DNA of 63,239 nucleotides, the filler included, from Stramenopiles sp. TOSAG23-3 (taxonomy: Eukaryota), in the NCBI GenBank assembly GCA_900128585.1. It is 11 parts of 11 records of this genome, joined end to end, with 100 filler letters (N's around TTAATTAATTAA, not from the genome) between each part and the next. Parts side by side here need not be neighbours in the genome. Positions count along the whole stretch, not along the records: positions 24,991 to 33,213 come from LT643048.1; positions 33,314 to 41,508 come from LT643049.1; 9 more parts are not named here. One strand, written 5' to 3'. Shown here piece after piece: positions 30,301-40,970 of this stretch. Under the pieces are notes generated by a model. The model searched no databases. It worked only from the letters and a program-made list of their open reading frames with translations, and was not told where the DNA came from. The stretch's first letter is position 1. Every line of letters starts with the position of its first letter. A program made the position numbers and the translations under genes.

Positions 30301-33213
30301 GGTTGAATTCTATTGCTCTATATGCAAGGTCTAGCACAGACAACGGCAAGGAAGAAAGCGGGAAAGGCAGCCCAATTTTTTTAATCGGTTCTCATAAGGA
30401 CGTGGTTCCTGAAGTGGAAGAACACAAGAACATATCGGACATTTTGACCAGAACGTTTGGCGCAAACATTGAACGACAAAACATTCAACGGAATGAAAAA
30501 GAAGGTATCTGTTTCTTTCCCATGGACAACACTGCCGAAAACGATTGTAATGTGATTGTGGTTCGACAGTGTGTAGAGAAAGTCATAGCAAAGGAGGAAT
30601 ATATAATGGAAGAGTACCCTATCGCTTGGATGACAGTATGTGACGAGTTAAAGAATAAGAGCCAGGAAGACGCGTACCTTACGCTGGAAGAAGTGTATGA
30701 GCTTGCCCTTGAATGCGGAATTAAAGATACTGGTGGCGATCCGGACGCATCCAAAAAATCATGGGTAGAAGTGAACGCTATGTTGGCACACTTTCATCAG
30801 CTTGGCGTCATCGTCTACTATGGCCATAGGCAAGGCTTAGATCAGCTAATTATTCTAAATCCCCAGTGGATTGTCGACAGAATATCTGATGTAATAAGGG
30901 AGTTTTCTTCTCAATCGTTTACCCATTCAAGGGGGAGGGACAAATTTGCGAAAGAAATGAATGAAGAGTGGTCTGACTTGACTAAAAAAGGGGTGTTAAG
31001 CAAGCGGCTACTCCGCCATTTGTGGCGTGGCGATCACCGTCATGTCGATTTTTTATTGACTTTGATGCAAACGTTTGCGTTGATATGCCCTCTTAAGATT
31101 CCTACCGCAGGAGCGTTGCTCTTGCAGTATATGGTGCCGAGTTTATTGCCTTCCAAAATGTTTCCTTTAAAAGAGAACCGAAGGCACGACATTGAGATCG
31201 CTTTTGGTGTCTTTCTTCCCACTGGTATATTTGGCAGGTTGGTTGTCGTTATGCTAGAGTACTATTTCTCGGAAACAATCGAGAGATACGGTAGCTATGA
31301 GAATAGAATGGAAAACGTTGCAGAGAAGGCGAGCGCCGATGGCGCCCAAACCGACCCGCTGATTCGGTCTTTGAAAGAAAATGGCCCATCTATTTACAAA
31401 ACATGGTGCGCATTCAACTTTCACTCAAAAGGCTCTCTGATAATATCAATGCGCCAATCGAATAAAGATATAGTTGTTTATTTTCTTGACGACGAAGCGA
31501 GGATGAACTGCGACGAAATCTTTTCCGTGCTGGGAAAATTAATTAACACTTTGAACATTGAATTTTACAACTCACAGTTGAACATTTTACTGACTAAGCC
31601 AAACGAACAAAAAGCATCATTGGCTTTAGATTTGTCAAAATCTTGGCACCGTCCCAGATTGGACATCTTGACAGCTCGTCGAAGTACCGCCTCGGCGTAT
31701 CTGACGGGCGAGGCGAAGGCCAAAGGGTATTATACAGTGCCGAACCTAGAGGATTTGTCAAGCGATGGCGACGTCGCTCACATAGAAAATTTTGTAGTGG
31801 GACGTAAAGGTTACGGGAAAATAAAATGGTTGTGCCCCGTTAATTTGTCAGAAGCTGGTGCAATTGACGACATTGTCTTCATTGAAAGAGGCGACGTGTC
31901 AGTGTATGAATTTCATAAACGGGAGCCAAAGCAGGGGTACGAGCTGAATTGCTCCGCTCAAATCGAATTCGAAAATTTCTTTCCGCCGGATAAGGACGAC
32001 GATACAAGAACGGCACGTTTTTTGCGTCGCATGAAAAAAATTGAGAGAAATGGTGGTTATGACAATTGTGAGTACAACGCAGAGACAGGAACATGGAGGT
32101 TTGAAGTCCAGCACTTTACAATTCAGGGCTGGAACGCCGAAGATAATGAACTGATTGAATGGATACTGAACCTACTTTGGTTGCCTCGAAGACATGATCG
32201 AAATCGCGATCAAGCGAAAGACTATGCAGAAGGCCTTCTTAAACAAGACTATTATTTGGAAGAGATCATTGGCGACCCGCCCCCTCCCCACGATGACTGG
32301 TCTCCTGCAAGCGATCCTCCTTCGATTCCCATACTCGAGGCCGCCGGGTTTCGACCATTGCATATTAGGAAAGTTGTCCGCGTGCTGGCTGCTTTGTACC
32401 CAACCAAGAGAGAATACCAAGGTGTTCCAGCACCAAAATCTGTAGCAGTTGCTACTAAGCCTGCAGTAACGGTCGCCCCAGCAGTGAAAGCGGCTGAGAA
32501 AAGTCCGACTACTAGTGTCTCAGGGTATGATGTGTTTTTATCTCACGATTGGGGAAAATTTACTATCAAAGGAAAAGATGGTAAAGCAGGGGTAGAGATT
32601 CAAAATCACGACCGGGTGAAAAGAATAAACGAAGGCCTGAAAGCAGTTGGCCTGGAGACATGGTTTGACGAAGATAGAATGTCTGGTAACATAAATGATC
32701 AAATGGTTTCTGGAATTGACAATTCGTCTTGCTTCTTGGCGTTTATCACGAACAACTATATTTTAAAAGTTTCAGGGGAAGGACCAAATGGAAAAGCGGA
32801 CAACTGCAAGAAAGAGTTTGAATACGGAGAACGAAGGAAAACGGCAAAACGCATGATTCCAATCCTAATCGAGCCAAGTGCTTGGAATACAAAAATGTGG
32901 AAAGGGAGTGTAGGCATGTGTCTTGGAGGCGAGCTGTACTTTAAGATGGACGAGGCAGACGTATGGGAAGACAATGTGAAATTTAATGAGGCAATCAGTA
33001 AATTGGCAGACAAGGTTAAAACCACTATCCTGTCGTGCGGCAATGCATTGGTAAACCAGAAGAAGAAGGCGAAAAGCACTCTTCAACCTGCTTCAACGGT
33101 TTCAGCAGGGGGGGGTAGTGGACCGGCAACCTCAAAAAATATTGTCGCCGCAAAATTGAAGACAGCAGGAAATCAAGCCTTGGCGAGACCGGTTAGCGAA
33201 TGCAGTGCCGTGC
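27345..33213 (+). CDS. Roco-family protein: MORN - ankyrin - ROC GTPase - COR - Nup98-like autopeptidase - SAM-like - TIR; 3'-partial
   Basis: MORN repeats YEGDW..G..HG.G (about 27425-27940); ankyrin PLH/PIH repeats (about 28010-29420); GEGRAGKTS (29526), WDYGGQE (30159), GSHKD; COR ILNPQW; GYYTVP...GRKGYG...TGTWRFEVQHFT (31725-32120); YDVFLSHDWG...WFDE...NCKKE (32526-33020). Confidence 0.92.
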
Positions 33214-33313
33214 NNNNNNNNNNNNNNNNNNNNNNNNNNNNNNNNNNNNNNNNNNNNTTAATTAATTAANNNNNNNNNNNNNNNNNNNNNNNNNNNNNNN
33301 NNNNNNNNNNNNN

Positions 33314-33400
33314 TGAATTGGCAATGCTTGCAGATGAACCGTAATCAACTTCCTCATCCGATATCTCACTCAGAGATAAATCAATCCTTGTAGATCCTCC
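33314..33400 (-). mobile_element. Retroelement ORF-end fragment at the contig edge
   Basis: Minus-strand TRIDLSLSEISDEEVDYGS matches copy A TRTDSFTTGTSDEEVDYGS. DNA ATCGGATGAGGAAGTTGA is identical to 6209-6226. Confidence 0.8.
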
Positions 33401-33527
33401 CCAAGTTCTGGTCAAGATTCCAATTGATTGGTCTTAAAAGTACACAGCGGCATTAAATGTTTAAAGGGGCTCGTTGTCTGTGGTACTTTAAACTGAATTA
33501 TGTTATATGCTGTTTTGTTATTTAAAA

Positions 33528-33549
33528 CAAGAAAATTGGCTGTTATTTA
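33528..33549 (-). repeat. Retroelement terminal motif
   Basis: CAAGAAAATTGGCTGTTATTTA, 22 nt identical to 56691-56712. Confidence 0.7.
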
Positions 33550-33680
33550 AGTAAGTTTTGTTATTTAGATATTAGGAAACAAAAAATTAGCTTGTTATTT
33601 TACGCCATTTTAATTTTGTTGTTAGAATTGGAGATATACACAAAAGAAGACAAAAAGGCACGCTCATACAAAAGCTAAAC

Positions 33681-36206
33681 TTATCCCTGCGCAAACTCCG
33701 ATTCATCACCGTACCCAGGCTCTGCATTTGGGGTACGCGCAAGTCGTGGCCGCATGCTAAAGGCCTTTTGATACTCTGGGTCGACGGGTTTGTGGTAACG
33801 CAACTTTTGCTCTTCTGTCTGTTCCTCTTGGGAATTTTCGTTGTACTTTTGCCCGAATTCACCAGGTTCTACATATCCAAAATCATTCGTTTGAGGCGTC
33901 CGAGGAATTTTCGGTTTCGATTGCAACTCTTCCGAGGGAACCATTCGATTCCGCTCGTCTTCCGCCCTTGTCGTTCTTTCCAGAGAAGATTTCAGGTCGC
34001 TGCCTTCCTCTCCATCTTCTTTCCCGCCTTCTTCTTCTGCAAACTTGCTGCTAGCACCTTTTGTGGTGTCTCCTACTTTTCCCCCGGCATCCTGTGCTGG
34101 AGCATTGGCTAGGCCCTTCGGTCGTCGGCCAGGGGTCGCCGGACGCTGGAATGCCTGTGGTAACTCGTGGTCGCCGTGCGGATGGTCGTGGTGAGCCGGC
34201 TGGTTGGGGGCCTGGCGCTGGGCCGGGGCGGAGTGGTGTGGAACATACGTTTCGTTTCCACCGTCTTCAGATGCATACTTGTTGGATAAAAGTTCTTCTC
34301 CCTCGAACTCGCCATCCTTCGAAGATGGAGGCTGCAAGGTCTCCTCGTCGTCCTCTTCGGGTTCTTCGTCCTCTTCCGGGTCCTCGGCGTCTTCCTCCTC
34401 TTCCTCGTCATCCCCATCTGACAAATCGTCGCCAGCAGAGTCTTCTTTCTTGAGCTGGTTCAGAATATACTCAATTTGTCTTTTGAACTCGTCGTCGCTG
34501 TGTGTCATGAGACGGCGCAGCATTTCGTCCATTCCCATCTCTAACGCCTGGTTCTTCAACGACGGGCGCGTCAAGACACTGTAGAGCGTACCGTTGACGT
34601 ATGTTCGAACCTGATGGTTGTCGCTTTCCAGCAAATCATTCATTACTTGTAAGATACCGACAGAAGGTTCTTCGCACTTAATTTTTCCGAGCGTGCGGAC
34701 ACTCAAGTTCATCAGCAACGCCGTTGCGTACTCAATGGTGTACTCGCTCAGAACCCCAGCCCCGTCCGGGCCTGCGGCCGTTTCGTTCTCCGAGTGAAGG
34801 CGCAAAATAGAAGTTATCCACTGAATCAAGTTGTTCTCGATCATTACGGTCTGGGGTTTTCTTCGAAGGCTAAACTTCTGTAGGGCGCCGAGCGCGTTTT
34901 GGCGAGTAATGTTGTCTTCCTTCTCTTCGCGCAAAGCGTTTATCAGCAAGGGGAGCACTTCTCCGTGGTTCAGGAGATAAGATCTCCCGGACACCTCCGA
35001 GGCCAAGTGATTCACCAGCCTGCAGCAATATTCTCGAATGCTCTGGTTCTTGGACCGCAAGAGCTTCGCAAGAACGTCGCTGCCGCTCCCAGAGCATCCC
35101 AACAAGTCGTTGTTTATGTAGGACTGCAAGACCTTTTGGCGCAGCGCACGGGGGCGCGCACGGTTCAAGCGCCATCGCAACGCTTGCATAATGCGACAGC
35201 ACCGCAAGCCCGCCGCAGGGTCTTGGTCCCCGCCATCGCACAACATTGCAAGGTCGGCGCGAACGTTGGAGTATTCTAAGCGCTTCAAGGAGCGCTGAGG
35301 GGCCGGGCCGGGGGAGGCCAAACGAGCGTCTCCCGTGCCACCGGCGGACAATACGTCGTTGAACGAGTTCAGACGATGGCGCGCGTAGTCCATGAACTTC
35401 TCTCGAACCGGCTGCCCCGTTCGCATGCGATCTAAGGCTTGGACCAGCTCGATTGAAAGGGAATAAACGGATCTTGCGAAGTCTTTCAACTTCTCTTCTC
35501 GTGCAAAAAATGCCTCTTTCAATTGCTTTTCTCTCGCCTGGTCAAAGCCCGCCTCGCCAGCCTCGTGCTTGGACTCGGCGGCTGCAAATGTCCGGTACAT
35601 GTCCGGAAGGCTTATGCTTTCCAAAATGACGTCTAGGAACCGCTCCAAGCGGTGCCGTATCTCTGCTAACCATTTTTCCTTCAGGAGGTGCTTGAAGGAC
35701 GGGTGCTCGGATGGGTTCGGCACGTACGGAAGCGCGTAATACGACAGGAACTCCGGGGTCTGGGAGAGCGCCTGCCCGCGGGTTTCCAAGAACTTGCGGA
35801 ACGAAAGCATGGCAGACGCGGCCAATCCCGCCGCTTTCTTTGCACCCCCTTGCTGGGCAAGTTTTTTCAAGAAAGACACTCGAAACGGCGCTACTGCGAA
35901 ATGAATGTGAAGGTAAAACTCTAATTTTTTGGCAATGTCGTTCTCGTTTCGAACGTCCTCTGGGACGTGCTTGTCCCACAACGTGAAGAACCGCTCGAAC
36001 TTTCCGTTATCGTACGCCTGCATCATTTCTCGGCGTAAACGAAACCGCATGTCCTCGGTGCTGCGGGCGGACGCGCCAGACCTCGGCGAGGGGGCTGTCT
36101 GCTTCAGCTTTTGCCTACCTTCAACCTCGAAGCACTGAAGGGTATTTAACATGTTGTGGTACCGCAAGTATTCCTCCACTGCCTCTTTGATACGTTGGTC
36201 CGCCAT
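33681..36206 (-). CDS. ARMC9: LisH domain-containing armadillo protein ARMC9 (ciliary)
   Basis: N-terminal LisH (VEEYLRYHNMLNTLQCFEVE), KLEFYLHIHFAV, SQTPEFLSYYALPYVPNP, LGALQKFSLRR, EYATALLMNL, YVNGTLYS. Confidence 0.93.
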   Translation of the reverse strand: MADQRIKEAVEEYLRYHNMLNTLQCFEVEGRQKLKQTAPSPRSGASARSTEDMRFRLRREMMQAYDNGKFERFFTLWDKHVPEDVRNENDIAKKLEFYLHIHFAVAPFRVSFLKKLAQQGGAKKAAGLAASAMLSFRKFLETRGQALSQTPEFLSYYALPYVPNPSEHPSFKHLLKEKWLAEIRHRLERFLDVILESISLPDMYRTFAAAESKHEAGEAGFDQAREKQLKEAFFAREEKLKDFARSVYSLSIELVQALDRMRTGQPVREKFMDYARHRLNSFNDVLSAGGTGDARLASPGPAPQRSLKRLEYSNVRADLAMLCDGGDQDPAAGLRCCRIMQALRWRLNRARPRALRQKVLQSYINNDLLGCSGSGSDVLAKLLRSKNQSIREYCCRLVNHLASEVSGRSYLLNHGEVLPLLINALREEKEDNITRQNALGALQKFSLRRKPQTVMIENNLIQWITSILRLHSENETAAGPDGAGVLSEYTIEYATALLMNLSVRTLGKIKCEEPSVGILQVMNDLLESDNHQVRTYVNGTLYSVLTRPSLKNQALEMGMDEMLRRLMTHSDDEFKRQIEYILNQLKKEDSAGDDLSDGDDEEEEEDAEDPEEDEEPEEDDEETLQPPSSKDGEFEGEELLSNKYASEDGGNETYVPHHSAPAQRQAPNQPAHHDHPHGDHELPQAFQRPATPGRRPKGLANAPAQDAGGKVGDTTKGASSKFAEEEGGKEDGEEGSDLKSSLERTTRAEDERNRMVPSEELQSKPKIPRTPQTNDFGYVEPGEFGQKYNENSQEEQTEEQKLRYHKPVDPEYQKAFSMRPRLARTPNAEPGYGDESEFAQG

Positions 36207-37901
36207 GGTTGCTGTGTATTAAGAGTGGCCGTCACAACTCAGGGTATTTAAAGTCCACTATATATTATGTGTGTACAAGTAAATATTAATAACTCCTCTC
36301 CACACGAGAATGTTCGTTTCACATACCTGGTAGAAGAAGAAGGGGAATGAATGAATTCAAATTCAAGTTTATTATTTATTAGTGATTTGATGATGATGTT
36401 GGATGGAGGAAGAAAAAAAACATCAACGCAGAAAGAGGAGGAACGAAAATAATGACACGACGACGGTTATATTATTATTTAATTATTTTATTAGACGACA
36501 AGTATTATAACTATAAATAAAAAATAAAATAAGAAGAATAGGAAAAGGGACTACTACGAGGACGTAATATATAATACCACGGTCCCTCACCCCTTCCGTG
36601 CACCTCCTGCCTCCTTGTATTAGTTATATTGTAATACGCCTGCCTCGTGCGTTACTCCCTGTAAAAAAAAAAGAATAATGATTCTAGTTAGTCTACATAA
36701 ATTATATACTTATACTCATTATTTGATGAAGAAGAAATTATTCATTAAAATCAATTTATATTGTAGTCTCTCTATAATTTATAGTATAAAATAATCCAAT
36801 TTTGTAATACAATTTCAGTTATACTGATAAAGCTTTCTATTTACTTCAGTGTACTGTACTGAATGTATTAGTTATTACGTATTCTATTCCCAACAGAGAG
36901 AGGCTCTCTTCTACGAGTACTCGTATTTATATAGTACAAATAAATAGACTAGGACTAAATATAATTGTATAATTAACTCAAAAAAATACCGTTTAATTTT
37001 GAATAAAAATAATAATGTGCTAATAATGTACAATAATAAAAATAATGAACAATCCCTTTGGTTAAATTGTAATCAATTAACAATTAAAAATCCTAAATTG
37101 AAGCTTCTTTTTTTTTGACAAACTAGTTGTGTTCCACTACGAATGTATTGTACAAATCATTGCTGATACAGTTTTAAAAGGGGGGAATTTTAAAAGCTAT
37201 ACTTACTTACAATAGGAAAGAAGAAAGGAAGAAGAAGAACGGAGACAGCATTCAATATGTATTAATTCTTATTCTAAAAATATATTTTCTATCAATAAGG
37301 AAATTATCTCCCTATTTAACTAACGAACTCCTATTTATACAGCTAGATACCAGTAGAAGAAAAGTCCGGTCTGTTTGTTTATAGTAGTATTCCATTTCAC
37401 CTTATTACAATGTAGTACAAAGTGTAATGTAATACAATCCCAAGATCTGATCTGCAACGTTTTCTTTCTTCTTCTTCTTTTCATTATTAATTATTATTAT
37501 TTTTTTTGTTGTAAATACTGTACTGTAATTATTCTCTTCTTTTTTTTTTATTGTTGTTGTGTAGTATTACTATTAGCGCTATACAAACACCCAATTATAC
37601 GGCAAGCAGGTCCGTTATATAACGATCATCATTTATTTACAAAAATAATATCATCATACCATCATCACACCATCATCATTACCATTTCCCCATTTCCACC
37701 GCCCACCACCTACCTCCTTTTATCTCGTGTTTTGTGAAATGAAGAAGACGAGAAAAAGAATTTATAAGTCATTTATGAAAAGGAAGAACAGAGAACAGAG
37801 AAGTCTTGTTTATAGAAAAGAGGGAAAGATAGTATTTTATATTAGTGTGTTTTGACTACCGCGGGTTTTGCTCTTGGTTATTTTGTCCACGCGTATATAC
37901 C

Positions 37902-40900
37902 ATGTCACACCCGGCTGCACGGGCTTTGAAAGGTCATGCGTTCGTGGCCTCTTCGTCAGTGAAGCAACCGTTTAGGATAGTGGACGATCAAGTCTATGCC
38001 AAGTTAGGAGGCAATGAAACCTTGCAGCCCAGCCCTGCTATAGTTCACTTTGGTGGGTTCGCGCTCAACGAGACCGTTACTCAAGTGCTAAAGGTTGTCA
38101 ACACGTCGAACATAGCGCAACGGCTGCATGTAATCAACACGACCACGCCTCATTTTTCGGTGTCGTGCAACAAGAAGGGAGTTGTGGCGCCGGGCATGGC
38201 GGAGAATATAGTCATCAAGTTCAAGCCCGACGAGTGGCGATACTACTACGACTGTGTTAGAATCCACTGCCAGAATGAGAACTTGCTGATCCCGATCCAT
38301 GCCTACCCTGTTGCCAACGATGTGTTCTGCCCGACCTTCCTGGACTTTGGGAGCGCAGCGTTGCTGGACAAAGTTACCAAGACGATTTCCCTTTCGTGCA
38401 AGGTCCCGATACAGTTTGAATACGAGCTGACGATAGTCAAACCCCATAGTGATTTTGAAGTGTACCCTTTGAAAGGAATCATTCCTGCAAACGGCAAGAC
38501 CGACATAACGGTGACGTACTGCCCTGTGAAGCTAGGGACCGCAGAGATGACGTTTCAGGTAAGTGTGTCGCAGTTTAATTTTGAACCATTCCAGTGCCGC
38601 ATCGTCGGGAACGCTGCGCCAGGAATTACGCGGCAGCGCGTGCTGAACAAATTAGCGAGCAAACACGGGCCGGCGTCGGAGCTGTCCCCAACGCATGGCG
38701 GTAGCGCCAACCTAGGTATCTCGATGAACTCAGAAGTGTCCCGAGACGAAGATCATGACCGTGATGCACTTAATGCAACCTCTCAAACCTTTTCCCTGGC
38801 TCGAAAGAACGTTAACAACGTGCCGTTGGAAACGTACGACACCAAAGCGGATCTGTCGTGGCACGGGCTAGGATCAGGCGCTGCGATTGATGCCGGTGGC
38901 GCGTACATTGGAATCAAGACTAGAAAACGCCACAGGCGAAAAATGGAAATTTCCAAGCAAAATAGTTTGACGATGACTTCGGAGGAGTTGAAGGCCAAGG
39001 CGAAGGAGGATTCCAAGCACGATATCCCGGAAGAGACCGTAGTAGATGGAATCCGTATACCGCGGGACCTTTCGACGATGTCGTCCGTCAACTTTGTCCT
39101 CACCCAAGAGGTGGGGAAGCTGAAGCCAAAGGATCTGAAGAAAGCGGTCACGCAGCAGCGCGCAATGAGGGAAAAGCGCCGGCTAGAACAGGAGGCTTTA
39201 AAAAAGCAAAATTCGGGAGGTATGGTCCCGGACGCGGAGTCAATCATTACCTCTGTGGTGAATAGTGTCGGGGGGAAGCAGAGCACGCGGCAGCTGAAGG
39301 AAATGGTATTTCTTCAAGAGTTCCGAGATTTGACAAAGGGCGAAGAAGATTTAGAGTTTCAAACCCAAAGAGAGCGTATTGGAAATGTCCTCATAAAAAA
39401 ACAAGATACCGAGCGCATCTTGCTGGCCCGCGCGGCCGCACAGGAGTCCAAGCTGCGAGTCCATCGCGAGAAAGACCGCCGAAGGTACTTCACGCAAGTC
39501 CAGGGCCCGCTGCGAGATGGCGACATGTTAGGAAGGGCCGAGTGCATGTCCTACCTATTGGGAAGACCAGAGAGAGTCCCACAGTTCGACATCTACTCAA
39601 ACAACGTTTGGCTGATGCGAAAAGAGGTGCTGCAGCGCTTCGTTGGTGCGGTCAACACGACAATGATACGGCGGCGCGTGAAGAAACGTTACAACATGCT
39701 AATGCATAAACTTCGGCACGCGGGGGTTGTCACGAGGGCGGACGCTCGGGCATTCGTGGAGAGGGACAACCGTTTGGCAAATATTTCGGAGGGGGGGCAA
39801 GACGATGGGGATGATGAGAACACCGCGGGCGATGCGGAGGCCTTTGCCCTTGCCAGCCGGATAGATCTAGTGGCGTTCGATGAATACTCTGCGTCGGGCG
39901 GAGGAGAGAAAACGTCAAGTGGTGGCAGCATTTTTGACCCGGTCAACGCGGATTGTATCCGCGACTTTGACCATTTAGAAACGCTCCCGTTGCGTCACCC
40001 TAACCAGGCTGGCCTTTTGAATTACGATGCCATGCCGAATCCCGCGGTTTCAATTTACATGCCGAAGGAAGCAAATAGACAGCTTCGAACCGGCGCGGAA
40101 GAAGAGGAGCCGATTCGAGTCAGTGCAAAGGTTCCGTCCGCGCCCAAACCTGCTGGGGAAGGCGAAAGCGAAGATGCGGACACAAAGGAAGAAGAGCAGG
40201 GCAAAGAGATGGCCGTAGTGCCGTTGCCAAAAGGGTTTGAAGCATGGCTTGAGGCAAACCCAATGCCCTTAAAGACGTTGCTAAAGCCGGACCCGACAGT
40301 GCGCGTGTTTTTGGATACATCCGAGCCTAGAGAAAGTGACCCAGAGTACGTACTCAAACCCGCCTACGTCAAGTTCGACCCTCCGGCAACCCGGCGAAGG
40401 GCCATTGTGGAACGGGCAGGGTGCAGTTCAATTGGAAGCATCGAAGGCGTGGCCATGGTTTCCAGCGTGTATCGTCCGGTAAGCCAGCACCGATTCTCGA
40501 CACTTTCTTCCCACGATGACCACCGTACTCTCTGGGATGTGAAGGAACGCCCAATCCTGGGCACGAACGAGGAGGACCTCATGAGCGACACCGACAGTGA
40601 TGAAGAGCCGGTGGAGGACGAAGAACCGTTAATGCCAACTGTAGAGCTGTGCAAATCGTTTTTCGATTCAGACGAAACAGAAGAAGGGTCGGCGGAAATG
40701 GACGGCGGCGATGCTACTGAAGGCGATGCCGAAAAAGCAGCAGATGAAGAAGCCGCGCCCGCGCTGAATGCTGGGGCAGATGAGGAGGAGCCCAAACCCA
40801 AGGATTTGTTTTACCCACTTTCTCGGGAAGCAAAATGGGTACAACTGCTCGAGGAAAGAAAATTAGAGAGGGATGGAAGATGCAAGAAATTCCGAGAAGA

Positions 40901-40970
40901 ACTTAACAAAGTGGACGGCTCGGTTTCGTACCCAAGGCACAAGTTGTACCATACTGAGAACAGCGTGTAA
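37902..40970 (+). CDS. CFAP221: Cilia- and flagella-associated protein 221 (PCDP1)
   Basis: PAIVHFGGF...FKPDEWRYYYDCVRIHC...LLIPIHAYPV and a second ASH-like domain (VSQFNFEPFQC). First ATG is at 37902. Confidence 0.9.
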   Translation: MSHPAARALKGHAFVASSSVKQPFRIVDDQVYAKLGGNETLQPSPAIVHFGGFALNETVTQVLKVVNTSNIAQRLHVINTTTPHFSVSCNKKGVVAPGMAENIVIKFKPDEWRYYYDCVRIHCQNENLLIPIHAYPVANDVFCPTFLDFGSAALLDKVTKTISLSCKVPIQFEYELTIVKPHSDFEVYPLKGIIPANGKTDITVTYCPVKLGTAEMTFQVSVSQFNFEPFQCRIVGNAAPGITRQRVLNKLASKHGPASELSPTHGGSANLGISMNSEVSRDEDHDRDALNATSQTFSLARKNVNNVPLETYDTKADLSWHGLGSGAAIDAGGAYIGIKTRKRHRRKMEISKQNSLTMTSEELKAKAKEDSKHDIPEETVVDGIRIPRDLSTMSSVNFVLTQEVGKLKPKDLKKAVTQQRAMREKRRLEQEALKKQNSGGMVPDAESIITSVVNSVGGKQSTRQLKEMVFLQEFRDLTKGEEDLEFQTQRERIGNVLIKKQDTERILLARAAAQESKLRVHREKDRRRYFTQVQGPLRDGDMLGRAECMSYLLGRPERVPQFDIYSNNVWLMRKEVLQRFVGAVNTTMIRRRVKKRYNMLMHKLRHAGVVTRADARAFVERDNRLANISEGGQDDGDDENTAGDAEAFALASRIDLVAFDEYSASGGGEKTSSGGSIFDPVNADCIRDFDHLETLPLRHPNQAGLLNYDAMPNPAVSIYMPKEANRQLRTGAEEEEPIRVSAKVPSAPKPAGEGESEDADTKEEEQGKEMAVVPLPKGFEAWLEANPMPLKTLLKPDPTVRVFLDTSEPRESDPEYVLKPAYVKFDPPATRRRAIVERAGCSSIGSIEGVAMVSSVYRPVSQHRFSTLSSHDDHRTLWDVKERPILGTNEEDLMSDTDSDEEPVEDEEPLMPTVELCKSFFDSDETEEGSAEMDGGDATEGDAEKAADEEAAPALNAGADEEEPKPKDLFYPLSREAKWVQLLEERKLERDGRCKKFREELNKVDGSVSYPRHKLYHTENSV

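Noticed and set aside
31725-32120. The organism's genuine Nup98-96 gene
   Set aside because: No FG/GLFG repeats, GLEBS motif or Nup96 region. The domain is embedded in frame between COR and SAM/TIR.
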